Below, piece after piece: positions 11,831-25,307 of a stretch of 64,000 nucleotides of DNA; position 1 is the first letter of the stretch, and the number at the start of each line of letters is the position of its first letter. The stretch spans positions 157,914,001 to 157,978,000 of the forward strand of contig OX597815.1 in NCBI GenBank assembly GCA_951406725.2. Reading direction: 5' to 3'. The stretch is from Octopus vulgaris. Its lineage: Eukaryota. Made by a program: the position numbers and the translations under genes. Under the pieces are notes generated by a model. It worked only from the letters and a program-made list of their open reading frames with translations. It was not told the DNA's origin and made no database searches.

Positions 11831-12639
11831 TGTTAAAATCTACAGCACACTGATGCACCGAGAAGTACCGTTTAGTACTATTGTACGCACGTGTACCTTG
11901 CGGTGCACATACCTAGCAGCAGTGCTTCAAAACTCTTCTATACTTCGACTTGTATCAAATATTTAAATGGCTCGTCACAGAAACAGAAACACAAACGAAC
12001 TAGAATTGGGTAAAGTGTAGCTCTTACATCATTTGTTAAATGAAAATTTACAATTTAAGCCATAGGGAAAATTCTTAAATGGTATATAACAAATTTCTAA
12101 TAATGGAGTAGCTACTGTTGCTAAATGATGGCGAATAAAACTTTAAATGGATTGACGATAAAAAATAAAGAGAAAGTTTTTTTCAATTTAATCCCTTGGC
12201 TCTAATTCATAAAATTGCTCGCAATACACATTTCGCATGCTGTAATAGTGAATTTCATCAGAACGCCATGCTTTAGATAGTAGTCGTCATCATCGCAAAG
12301 ATATCAGTACACCTCATCATCATCATCATCAGAAGCACATTCAGTACCTTTCGTCGGAAATCAATACGACACTAGTAGCCATTATCACTCTCTTTAGCAA
12401 TAACACCAAATCTGTAAAAAGCAGACTAGATGGCAATGGCTACAAGAATATTCCATTGTGGTAACAACTCTCCACTTTATGCGAAATTTATTATTCATAA
12501 TTTAGTTATTCAAAAGAGCCATCAAATAGCATTTTTACTATTAGTGGCCATATTGTTTTAATGTTTACTTATTTCGAGGAACTGGGACATCTGAGCGAGG
12601 TTGATGAAGCAAATGTACACTTTGAGCTGAAGTTTACTA

Positions 12640-13115
12640 TTGCTTGACCAAAAAGTCTGTTTTCTAAGCAAATAAGATAAAAAAATTTAAACACAAAGCT
12701 ATCTATTCAATAAATGATAAAATCACAGTTTCATTCCAGTATCTTCTGCCATCTTGTAGGTAGATCCATTATTCCCTGCTCAAAGAATTTCCTGTCTTTA
12801 ATGGCGCAAAACTCTTCCAGGTGAATTTTTTTCATCCTCTTTAGTGTTGAATGTCTGTCCATTCAATGAATTTTGAACAGGGTGAAATGACAACGCCCTT
12901 ACGATTAGAAGGTGCAGGACGCTTCAGATAGATCGCTGAGTTTAATTCGTCCAGCTTGTCACAATACACATCCGAATTGATGCACCTGCTAAGGGCGTTG
13001 TCATTAATCACAACAGACCGCACACGTCTTTGCAGATGCGACAGAAGTTACTGGGGTTTGACTGGGAAGCTTTGCCGCACCCTCCATATTCGCCCGATCT
13101 TGCACCTTATGATTT
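12640..13115. mobile_element. Rearranged mariner (DD34D) remnant
   Basis: Minus strand INSDVYCDKLDEL..NRKGVV and FFEQGIMDLPTRWQKI; plus strand WEALPHPPYSPDLAPYD. Confidence 0.8.
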
Positions 13116-13700
13116 ATACACGCGATGTTCCGATGAATCAAAAGTGGAAGAGTTAAAGCGGTGTTTATGTCTACTCGCAACTACATAATCACCTAAGACA
13201 ATTAGTGAAAGCATGGTACATACTACCAAGTCATACTCCCTTGAGAGAGACAGTTATATTTTATTCATATTATAAAGCGTACTTTAAATGACCATCGTGT
13301 CTAACTACAACTAAGATCAGGCTGTAACGGTAAGATCAACGGAAGCAACTGAAAATTGTGGTCAAAGGATGAATACAAAATCTGCACAGCTTCCAATTTA
13401 TTGATCTTACTTTTCTTTGTTTGTTCGGTCTAGAGGAAGATGTTGCGCCCATATCCTCTGCAACCCCTAATAATCCTTTCTAATACAGGCACAAGGCCTG
13501 AAATTTTGGTCGCGTGGAGGACTGGTAATTTTTTGTCAACCCTGATGACATTTGAACTCTGAACGTACAGTCGGAAGAAATGCCGCTATGAATTTTGTCC
13601 GATGAGGTAACGATTCTGCCAGCTCATCGCTTCCAGCCCCCAATAACACATCCTATTGTCTTACAAAGGAGACACATTGAATAATGAAGTCCTTGATACC

Positions 13701-13932
13701 TATTTCTTTACTACCCACAAGGGGCTAAACACAGAGAGGACAAACAAGGACAGACAACCGGATTAAGTCGATTATATCGACCCCAGTGCGTAACTGGTAC
13801 TTGTTTAATCGACCCCGAAAGGATGAAAGGCAAAGTCGACCTCGACGGAATTTGAACTCAGAACGTAGCGGCAGACGAAATACAGCTAAAGCATTTCACC
13901 CGGCGTGCTAACGTTTCTGCCAGCTCACCGCC
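13701..13932 (-). mobile_element. SINE family A, full length
   Basis: Homologous to 60900-61129; TSD ccttgatacc on both sides; an older partial copy lies at ~13500-13635. Confidence 0.9.
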
Positions 13933-14337
13933 TTGATACCCTATGCCTGATCACAGACAGGAAGGTTATGACTGAAACACTTTTGATCATTGGTGTGCAC
14001 GACTGAGGATGGCCGGGTGTTAAATAACAACTTATACAAAATACTTTACTGATAAAATCCATTCACTCATCAAAACTGGAGTGACCTATCCCTCTGAGAT
14101 CACTTATGCAGCCCTCCCACTCACTATAAATGAAATAACCTAACTACCCAATACAAATTAAGATAACCTACCTACCCAACATCAATGCTATAATCTTCTC
14201 ACGGAACATAAATCTAGAAGTGAGAATGAAGAATTTGAATAACATGGGATATGAAATAGATAAAAAGAATAGGTTGATGGGTTAGAAGTGATACAGTTAG
14301 GAACAATACAGACAGACACATAAAGAGAGGTAGATAC

Positions 14338-14372
<35 letters not shown>

Positions 14373-15384
14373 GCGGGAAAGACAGAGATAGTGACGAGCA
14401 GACAGGCAAGAGGCAGAGATAAAATTGACTCAGGGCGAGATGGAGAGAACGAAAGAGCTAGAGAGAGAGAGAGAGAGAGAACGAGAGCGACAGAGACAGT
14501 GACACAGAGAAACAGAGACAGAGAGACAGACAGACAGAGAAAGAAACAGAGAGGGAGAGAGGGGGAGATGGAATACACTTTATGACTTAGACAACCGAAT
14601 ATTAAACTTGTATCCCACCAACGTTATTTTTTTTCCCTTCAACCAACGTGACAACATAAAATGAGCAATTGTTGACCAATCAAAAAAGGTGATTGTTATC
14701 TGAATAGTGGAAAGCAATACAATCGGTATCAACTTGAAACAATGTAGTGAGATTAATTATATTGACATGCATGTTCAGCTTCTCTTATCGTCTGCCATTT
14801 ATATTTCTGTCGTTCTTTAAGTACATGTCGTAACTTGCATAAAGTCGATGATAACTTCACTTTGTTGTTTTTATTACATTTGCTTGCATTTGGGGGCGTC
14901 TAATTTCTTGTTTTTTTTTTGTTTTTTTTTTTGGTGGCGATTTTTGGGGAATATTTTTCTTGTTGCTTTTACAATATTCTTCGATCTATATCTATATTAT
15001 CGTTTCTTTCATTGTTTTTTTTTTATTTCTATAAACCATTCTTCCATTTTCTCGTCACCACCAACAGCTCTCATTTGTATTGGTTAACCTAATGCCTGAT
15101 CACCGGGTTTTTGTAGCAATTGTAATGGCTGAATAGGTAAGTTGATGGCCTTTCGACAAAAGAGGTACGAGTTCGTATTTCATCGTTGACCAAAACAGAC
15201 ATCTGATTTCTCTTGTCAAGCTACTCAACGAGTAACAGAGAAGAGCAGGGGAGGCAGATAGAGACAGAAAGACAGTGTGTGTGTGTGTGTGTGTGCATGT
15301 GTGTGTGCGTGCATGTGTGTGTGTGTGTGTGTGTGCGTGTACGAATGCGGTGACAAAATACTGAACAGACATGGGTTTTTTAGT

Positions 15385-15560
15385 ATTGTTTTATGAATAT
15401 AATCTACTTTTACAAGAGGTGTGACAGTAACTTCGAAGTTTCCCTCTGCTAGCTTTCTTCACACAAACTGATGAAGGCTAGCAGGCTGACACTTCGAAGT
15501 CATTGTCATCCTTCTTCTTGTAAAAGTATAATAAATATGTACTCTGTAAAACGTATTTAG
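15385..15560. repeat. Imperfect palindrome of a hammerhead-like (PLE-type) motif
   Basis: tgacagtaacttcgaagtttccctctgctagctttc mirrors ctgatgaaggctagcaggctgacacttcgaagtcattgtca. Confidence 0.6.
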
Positions 15561-15735
15561 TAATCTTTCAGTTTGAAGTTAAATTGTTTTCAATATAACT
15601 CGACATACTGATACAACAAACATTAATATATACAATTAATTAATATATACATTAATACATACATACCTACCTACATACATACATACATACATACATACAT
15701 ACATACATACATACATACATACATACATACATACA

Positions 15736-15791
<56 letters not shown>

Positions 15792-15797
<6 letters not shown>

Positions 15798-16460
15798 ATG
15801 TAGGATAAAATTTTTTCTTTCGAAAAAAATTTTATCAATGGCCAGCATATTAAAAAATACCTTTAACGGTTAAAATTATAAACAACTTATAAATAAGGGC
15901 AAACAAAAAAAATTTCTAATGCCAAATATGCCGAAAAATTGGACATATTGTCCATTACCATATGATTTTTCACAATACGCACGCTACTCGAAAAAAAAAG
16001 CCGACAGAAATTTCTAAAAAAATTCCATTATTACCATATCGGACCGATTTCAGAGTTAGTTCGTAAGAACCCTCCCTTCGTCATTGATACATGTGGCAAA
16101 GAAATAAATGAAATACTTACTCATACCCATGGAAGAAGCAAAATACTAAGTCATGAGCACAACTAAGTACCCCAAATACATCCAAAATAGAAATACTCCA
16201 GCCCATTCAAGACACGTGCGATTTGAACTGAGGTTCTCACTGAGTGAGAGAGTCCGGATGTGAACACTTAAATTTATATTTAATGTAGGATAAATTTTTT
16301 CGAAAGAAAAAAATTTTTATCAATGGCCAGCATATTAAAAAATACCTTTAACGGTTAAAATTATATTGTGAAAAATTATATGGTAATGGACAATATGTCC
16401 AACTTTTCGGCATATTTGGCATTAGAAATTTCTTTCGTTTGCCCTTATTTATAGTTGTGT
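15792..16460. mobile_element. Penelope-type terminal repeat structure (direct plus inverted copies), TA-flanked
   Basis: 15792-15880 repeated directly at 16276-16364; 15880-15976 repeated inverted at 16364-16460; minus-strand hammerhead-like motif at 16043-16090. Confidence 0.6.
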
Positions 16461-16461
16461 G

Positions 16462-16510
<49 letters not shown>

Positions 16511-17012
16511 CAGTAAGGTCATTAGAGGCATTTTCTGTGATCTTTATATTCCCTCTCAGACAAGTGAGATTAATGTGGCTTATACCCAGTCTAAATATTT
16601 GAATATATAGAGACCGGTTATCAAGTGTATCATTTTCAGCAAAGCTCATTCCCTTAAGTTAATCTTTCATTGTCAGAAATATCTTTATAAACAGATTAAA
16701 TGCAACATATCACAAATTAAGAATCATCTAAAACATCTCTTAACAACCTCGTTACATTTGAACGCAACAGGAAAAAATCTGAAAGCAACATACGTGCTTA
16801 TACATATATACATACATACATTCATACACACTTACATTCATACATACATATATATATATATATGACTTATTTTGCTGTACAGTTGACAGTTTTATATATA
16901 AAATCTGTCAAACAATAATTGAAGGATTATTCAGTATATTGAAGTATCATTATTTTTACAGTGAAAATGTTTACAATGACTTCGAAGTTTTTCTAGTCAT
17001 TGACATTGTCAC

Positions 17013-17051
<39 letters not shown>

Positions 17052-17087
17052 ACAAAAGTGGCGGGTGTATTTCCATGCAGGAAAAAT

Positions 17088-17778
17088 TATAGGCAAATTT
17101 GTTGTTGAAAATGCATCTAAATTTGAAAAACTTGTAATTGTTTAAAATAAATTTATTTTCATATATGCCAAACTAGTTTCAACAATAATTTTTGTTTATC
17201 AATGATAAAGATTTAGAATTATGAATTAGAAAAACATGTTTTAAAATTTCGATGTTGACATGTTTAAATGTTCATAACAGTCAATAATATTAAAACTGTG
17301 CATCAGTTTGTTTGTATGTTCAAAGCTCATTAATGTTAGTAGTAATCGACAAGAAATTAATATCATCAAAGTTTCTGATATACTGAGTTAAGAGGGGGAA
17401 AGAAACAAGGGAGAAATGAAGATAGTGAAAAAAGGGTTTTGATTTACAGTTTCTCTGATCCTCTTTCCGTCGTGTGTAGGAACTTTCGCTTGTAACGGTA
17501 TGTTTTGGAGTCAGGTGTATTTGTAATTTTTTTCCCCAAGTGGATCTGATATTTGATTCGTTAAAGCACTGGTGACGTCAAAAATCTGTCTGTTATGAAC
17601 ATTTAAACTTGTCAACGTTGAAACTTTTAAAGATGTTTTTTTCTAATTCATAATTCTAAATTTTTACCATCGATAAACAAAAAATATTATTGAAGCTAGT
17701 TTGGTATATACGTAAATAAATTTATTTTAAACAATTACAAGATTTTCAAACTGAGGTGCATTTTCAATAACAAATTTG

Positions 17779-17784
<6 letters not shown>
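17088..17784. repeat. Foldback element with ~190-bp diverged inverted arms between (TA)n tracts
   Basis: 17088-17280 is the reverse complement of 17590-17784. Confidence 0.85.
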
Positions 17785-17845
<61 letters not shown>

Positions 17846-17999
17846 ATACGGATATGTATGTATGAATATGTACGTAAATATATGTGCATATATAAGTATT
17901 TTTGCCATATGCACCTGTGTATGTGGTTCATGTATGTGTTTATACATTCATACATAAATGCATACATATATATGTATACATACAACATGGTTCCAATTT

Positions 18000-18870
18000 C
18001 ATCAAGACGAGAAGAGATGGTAAGGGATAATCTTCCACTAGGATCTCTGACAATCAACATCCGACCTTTTCGTGCAACTTAGTCAATAAACCGGATGTGC
18101 TGTTTCTGTTGACAGGAGAGAGAGAGAGAGAGGGGGAGGAAAGAGTGAGGGAGGAGAGAGAAAGAGAATGTGAGTTTTGAAGCTGAAAAGTCAATGTTTC
18201 AGGACGAATGAACTCATCAGTTCATCTAAAAGAGTGTTTCATGCCACCACTGCCTTATAGCTCTTACCGCTCATGGGAAAAGGTTCGGGAATAAATCCGG
18301 GATCTAATCTGAAATTGGTGTCTCTAAAGCAGTCCGGCGAGGTTCTATGTTCTGACAATTACGGCAACACTGATGCCATGCTGTCTTGGCCCTTGCCCTT
18401 CTCTTGAACAATATCAGTGACATATCGAAGACAAGCATCAACAAATGGTGAGGTTCCTTAAAATATGATTCGATAACGTTTAGTAAAGAGGTAGTGATAA
18501 AGAGAAATGGGTTAAAAGTGTTAGCGAACTACTAGAGACGATGATCAAAGGTATTGCAACCAACGTGCGAGTGGCAAAAATGGCCATCGGATTTTTCTTC
18601 GTAGCAGAACACAAAGCTTGCTTTATCGAAACTAAAACTCGTGCACTAAAGCAAGAAGGAAGAAAAGGGTGATGAAGACGCAACGTGGCAATAATGTTAC
18701 AGTTTGGATTTTGATAGACTAAGACGGGTGTGTGCTAATCGGTTCAAAGCAGATGTATGTGGTGCTCTAGCAACACTTTTGATCGACTGGACAGGACAAG
18801 TGATAGGTTATAGACAGTTAAGAACATTAGTTCCTACAACGATGGCCTGCCGTGGCTCTCAGCGGAGGAC
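18000..18870 (+). pseudogene. Possible decayed L1/Tx1-type ORF2 C-terminal remnant
   Basis: Coding-like peptide KWVKSVSELLETMIKGIATNVRVAKMAIGFFF after a Cys/His-containing stretch; weak. Confidence 0.25.
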
Positions 18871-19159
18871 CCGAGTCTTTGAGAAAGGTTATATTTACCC
18901 CACAATATCATCATATGTGACTAATACCACTACTGACTCACAACAACATCTATCCCGCAACGCAACAATATTTGTACCTACACATTTCCCCCCAGCCTTG
19001 ACCCACTACATATATCCATCAATACCATATCTTTCTAAATTAACATATCATCCTCACAACAAGAATCTGTCAACTACAAAACACCACATTAGTATCACAG
19101 ATGCCGCTAGCATCTCCTAAAACCACAACCAACAGCGCTGTATCCTTTCTATTTTAGGC

Positions 19160-20655
19160 ATAAGGTTAATTGGTTACATCGACCCCAGTACTCAACTAGT
19201 AATTACAAAGTGGGGCAGAGAGGACGGACGTTTTTGAAATGGCTATTACTCAGCCCCAGAAGGAGGGACATATGTCCGACAGGTACCATTCGGTTTATGT
19301 TGTCTTAGCACTTTTTCTTGTTTTCAGGTGAAGCCATGGTACTGTGGACGATAGAGCATCGCGTGTTTTCTTCGAAAGTTACGTGAAGAATAACAAGTCT
19401 GTTATAGCAGTTCAGCGTGAGTTTCGGCGCCACTTCAACATTCACCGAAATTAGCCTGTTCCCACTCGTAACACAATCTTACTTGGATCAATGTACTTCG
19501 TACACGAGGTAAACTAATGAATAGGAGACCGGTGGAGTGCTATGAACAGTACAGACCCCGGAAAATGTGGAACGCGCCAGACAAGCTTTGATTACGGAGT
19601 CCGAATTGCTCTGTTTGAAGGCATTCCACTGAACTTGGCATCGGTAATCGATCGGTAAGGCATATTTTGCATGAAGAGCTGCATTTCTACCCGTACAAAT
19701 TGGTCATTGGGCAACAGTTGAAACCATACGACTATGCACTGCGGCTTAACTTTGCACGTCAGATGGAAGCAATTTTTTAGGCAAATGACAACCCCATTTT
19801 GTTAATGAGAGATGGAGCTCATTTTCATCTCAATGGCATGGTTAATCAACAGAACTGTCGTTATTGGGCTCTTGCAAAATCCGAGAGAACTGCACGAAAT
19901 ACTACTGCACAGCTCAAAAGTGACTGTCTGGTGTGCTGTTGGAAAAGTTACCGTCATTGGTCCTTGCTTTTTTAAAGACAATAATGGAAATGATGTTACT
20001 GTGAACTCCATGCGTTACATCGAGATGTATCAACTTTCTTTGTACCTGAATTACGACGAAAACGTATGCCTATTCGACGTTTGTGGTTTCAGCAGGATGG
20101 GGCGACGGCCCACACAGCCAGAATATCAATGGACGTTTTTCGCCCTCTCTTCGGTGAACGCCTTATTTCCAGGTTTGCTAACATTCCTTGGCCCTCTCGG
20201 TCCCCTGATTTGTCCATGTGTGATTATTTCTTGTGGGGAAACCTCAAGGCATGTGTGTATGCGTTTAATCCTCGTACATTGGACGGTTTGAAGGAAGCTA
20301 TTCGCGTGGAAGTCACCCAAATCGACAGAGCAATGCTGGAGAGAGTGGAGGCCAACTTCCAAGAATGTCTTCAGAAATTCATTAATGAAACCGGACACCA
20401 CATGATGGATGTTGTTTCCCACACTTGATTTTGACAAATGCTAATTCAATACAAACACATTGATGTCAATAAAATTTGTTTGCAGCTAAAATTAATGATT
20501 TTGTGAATCTTTCAAAAACGTCCCACCTCTCTGCCCCACCTGTATTTCATTGATCCCGAGAGGATCGGCATAATTTGAACTCAGAACCTAAAGCCAGAAG
20601 AAATGCCGCTAAGCATTTTTCCCGGTGTGCGGACGATTCTGCCAGCTCATCGCCT
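19160..20655 (-). mobile_element. SINE family A copy split by the DD41D transposon
   Basis: catcgaccccagtactcaactagt (19177-19200) continues at 20545 as ttcattgatcccgagaggat...ctgccagctcatcgcc. Confidence 0.75.
19206..20542 (+). mobile_element. DD41D (rosa/Visitor-type) Tc1/mariner transposon, full length, decayed
   Basis: ~33-bp TIRs caaagtggggcagagaggacggacgtttttgaa / ttcaaaaacgtcccacctctctgccccacctg, TA TSD; 41 residues counted between the D of QQD and the D of SPDLSMCD. Confidence 0.9.
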
Positions 20656-22536
20656 TTAACAACAGTACTGTATCAATCTTACTACACCAATAAATCTAGC
20701 TAATTCACATCGTCTTACTGCTCCATTCTAAAGAAAAGCAGTAACACGTTGGATATTGTATTCCAGAGTATATTATGTCTATGAGAGAAAACAACACCGA
20801 TCGATTATAAATGGAACGCCATCAGAGTTGACCAAGGGATTAAATATTAACAACAACAATGACCACAAAAACCACCACCACCACCATAACAACAACAACA
20901 ACAACAACAATAACAAAAACTTCTCCCACAACTCCACAGCATTAAACACGCAACACCACTACACCTATCTCACAATATACATACAACACTATAATGATAT
21001 CCACCACCACCATCTCCACACACACCAACATCATCCCCTACGAACATTAACAAATCTACCCCATAGCACCATCATTAATACCCCTACGCCTCTTTACATT
21101 AAACTATATATATATATAGCCTTATCCTATTTGTACCAAGATATCAACATTGTCATCTACACTTTCAATTATGGATTTAGATTTTCAGATTTCTCCTTAA
21201 ATTCAATTCTCTTAATCTATATTAAGTCTTACATGTAGTTATTAAATACGTTCTCCCTCTTTCTCTTTCTCTTCGTCTCTGTCACACGCACACAGCAACA
21301 AATAAAACATTACTATAAGCACATATGAATTTCTATACATTCATATACCTATGCATTACAAACATACGCACAGATTAACACACACATAATACCTTAGATA
21401 TAATTACCCAAATACTTGTGTGTGTGTGTGTGTTGATATATAATCTCCTAATGACATATCCATACAAATAAACATTACGCTACACACTCAAATGTTTATA
21501 CACACAGAGAAATATATTTTAAGATTTGTTGACTCAAATTATTGTCAAAATGAAGGCTTAAAGGGATGAAAAGGTAAAGATTTCAGTACGAGAAAAATAA
21601 GGCACACTCTTCTAGCAAAGACTTTAAGGTTTCGGTTGAAACTAAGAATATCTTGTAAGCACACACAAAACGTGTAAAAGTCACTAGAACAGACACAAAC
21701 TGAAAACAAATCTCAACAAAGGCGCCTCTACCTAGTCGTTTGACCTGGTATAGCTTGCTATCAAATCTTGTTGAAATTATATTCTACTGTCATACAAAAG
21801 GCAAAACATATTGGAAATTGTTGTAACCTTACAGAAAACGAATGATAACGGAATGCAAATGTAACACAGAGCGCAATTATTACATTATCTACGAATACTT
21901 ACTATTGTTTGATGTTGCAACGCGAGATTATGGAGGATCTAGCTAGAATACACTCAATCCAGGGTATTTTCAGTGACTGTTGACATTGGACTAAGGCAAC
22001 GAATACAGACACTGGAAAATGCGTTATGTCTGAGAAAAGACGATATGGTCAAGACTGGACTACCTTCAATCATAGGCCTCTTCAATCAGGACTCACCTGG
22101 AGTTAAACAGTGACAGCAAAACTAAAATTTCTAGAAAATACGTATAGCATCTATGTTTTTAGATTCTGGTGAATTAAGAGACAGAAGGTTTGTACTTTTT
22201 AAAATTTTAAGTAATTTTTAAGTTTTAAAGAAAAAAATCTAAGCTAAGCGAATATTGCTCTATTCAATCTGATATTAAAATGCATAGAAATATTATTTCT
22301 AAAGGTCAAGAGAAGCACTTACGAAAATGTAGTTCGTGTCACCGGTAACGGAGCAGAGAGATTCATTGAACTTTCGTAAAATCTGTCTACAACACACACA
22401 CACACACAGATACACACATATGCACGCGCGCACGAATACACAAGCATACACACACACATATATACATACATATCTGTGTGTGTGGGTTTATATATATATA
22501 TGTATGTATATTAATGTATATATGTGTTTGTGTATG

Positions 22537-22596
<60 letters not shown>

Positions 22597-22661
22597 GACA
22601 GACTGACAGACAGATATACAAATATACACACATATATTTATGTATGTATACACATGTATAC

Positions 22662-22715
<54 letters not shown>

Positions 22716-23320
22716 GTATGTATGCGTGTGTGTGTGTGTGCGTGCGTGCATATGTGTGTGTGTAGAGAGAGAGAGACGGTTACCATCTTCAATTAACCAT
22801 CACGTATAATTTAATGTACATAAAATAATCCATTTGCTTTAAAAGTGTATAATATGGGTTATAAGATGGATTAGGAGAGATTAAAACACATTAGGAGATC
22901 ACGACACACATCAACTTCTCTATTATCTAAACGCTGAAACAATCGATTTTCTCCAGATATTTGAGATTAAATACGTGGTAGCAAGCTTACAAACGTGATA
23001 CCCCTGAGAAAAATATTCAAATGTTTATGCTACTTAGCAATTAACACATCGTCTTCAAATAGTATGCTCTTCTTTGGAATTGTACTAATATTCTTTCTTG
23101 AAGCTTCCCTTATTACCAACTGAAATATTCGTTATCGAATATCAACAATAAAGACAGAGGGCAAAAGCCTCAAAGTACGTCTTTGTCTAATGATTTTCAT
23201 AATTTTAATATAGCTCTTCAACAGAATTTTTTTTCTTTTTTTTTGGTTGCACTGATTTCAATATTTTTTTCTGCATGTAAGTATATATATCAATGTGTGT
23301 GTGTGTGTGTGTAAGTATAT

Positions 23321-23532
23321 ATTCAAAATGTGACCGCGTGTGTACCGTTGACGATTTTTTTTCCCGCTGTCTTCCCTTCTCTGGATCTTTCCTTCTATGT
23401 TTCCGACGAAGAGCTCCGCTCGAAACGTTAAGCCCTCCTTCTTTCCTTCTTTCCTGAGCGTCCAATAATACTATATTTGTTCCACGTCCTCGCATTGTTG
23501 TGTTTTTCTGTGCTTTCTTGTTTGGATTAACT

Positions 23533-23533
<1 letters not shown>
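23321..23533 (+). mobile_element. ~210-bp hammerhead-bearing short element (PLE/retrozyme-like), copy 1
   Basis: Homologous to 54433-54650; ccgacga-a-gagc-tcc-gctc-gaaacgtt at 23403-23429. Confidence 0.7.
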
Positions 23534-23581
<48 letters not shown>

Positions 23582-24014
23582 AAACGCTCTCGCTTAAGTT
23601 GTATAGCGCACGTACACTCGCTCGTACAAACATCATCGAAAGTATAAGCATGCGCACACGCGTGGTTTGGCGTACACACGCTCACGCAGCGAATTAAATA
23701 GCTACTTAGTGTTTATAAGAATGGTGAGGCTGGAGTTAAATCTAATTCGTCCATACCTTAAAGTATGATTATTAATTTGGTTAACACTTACTCAAATTCA
23801 TTCCCACTGCATTGTGCGAAAGTGCATTTGTAAGCATGTAAGCATCTTGAGAGTCTTTCAGAAATTCTATTAATAATCTTCTCACTGGTTCACAAAGTAG
23901 GCAGGGATTCCTCGGAGCCGAGTATATGCATGCGTGTATATATGTATGTATAGATGTATATATGTGTATATGTAGTGTATATGCATTTATATGCAGACAC
24001 ACGCACATACATGC

Positions 24015-24057
<43 letters not shown>

Positions 24058-24117
24058 TACGCGTGCGCGTGTGTGTATGTATATATGTATGTCCTGGGGG
24101 TAGAGCAGAGTAAAAAA

Positions 24118-25045
24118 ACTGCAGGTCAATCTCTCTGACTTCACATATCAGTAAAGTCATGGAACGAATCATCAGAAAGAAACTGGGGATCTTTTCGGTT
24201 TGAACGGCAGTTTTTTCTAGCGGTGTTATATGAAATTGTCACCCATAATTATGACCCTAGAATCGATCTATTGTATTTCAATATCTTTTAGGGTTAGAGT
24301 TAGGGTTAGGGGTGGGAGAAGGGTATTTTTTTTCTTCACAAATGTAAATAAACCCAATCTGTTTCTTATACGAGGGACATATTCATATGGCATAGAATGC
24401 TTTTTAACTCAATAGACGTCATTGAAGAAAAAATCAACAAATACCTTACAAACTATAGAATTTTCTCAATAAAGCCAAGAGAAAAAGATGTTTTATAAAC
24501 ACAATCTACCAGTATACGAAGTTTAAAATTTTTTAGTTACCTAGAAATTATGTTAAAAACTGCCGTTCAAACCGAAAAGATCCGCAACTGATAATGTTCC
24601 TAGAAGAAATTTACCTACTGAACAATATACAGCATAGCTTTCGTCCAGAAAGAAGCTACCACACACAGCTCTTACAGCTCGATGACTGGGTTTTGAAACA
24701 GTTGCTCGACCATTCAGATGTCAGTATGATATACCTTGACTTTGCAAAGGTAAAAGTTAAAAAATAATGTGGGGACAGATGTCTTCAAAAAGGAACTAGA
24801 CATCCCTTCTCCACAATACCAGATGAACCAACGGCCTGGTATGAGGTACAGACGAGGGCAACAGAATCAAACTTCCTCATATACACCAAATGGGCCAACA
24901 GCTGGGAAAAAGGCACATACAAGAGTGGTGATGCGAACCCCACCCCCAACTTGAAGAAATCAGCAAAACCATGGTGGTGCTCCAGGATAGCTGCAGCAGG
25001 ATAGCTGCAGCTGCATGGCTGAAAGGAATAAAAGAATAAAAGAAT
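24118..25045 (+). mobile_element. CR1-group LINE fragment (RT part plus 3' end), interrupted by a MITE
   Basis: SISLTSHISKVMERIIRKKL[MITE]MFLEE..QHSFRPERS..IYLDFAK; C-terminal DVFKKELD..PDEP; 3' stem and (GAATAAAA)n tail. Confidence 0.85.
24187..24583 (+). mobile_element. MITE with TTAGGG tract, copy 1
   Basis: ~29-bp TIRs ggatcttttcggtttgaacggcagttttt; 8-bp TSD gaaactgg/gcaactga (6/8 match). Confidence 0.9.
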
Positions 25046-25068
25046 ATGAATATATGTATTTATACACA

Positions 25069-25137
<69 letters not shown>

Positions 25138-25307
25138 TAATAATAATAAAAAAGTGGCAAGAAAACAATGAGACAACGATATTAGGTAAATAGAGGATTA
25201 CTTATTTATGTATAATTTAGAACAAATAGTCATTTGTCATTATAGTACTCGGATTTTCGAATGTCGAAGCAAAGAGCTACGATGCATATACATACATACA
25301 TGCATAC

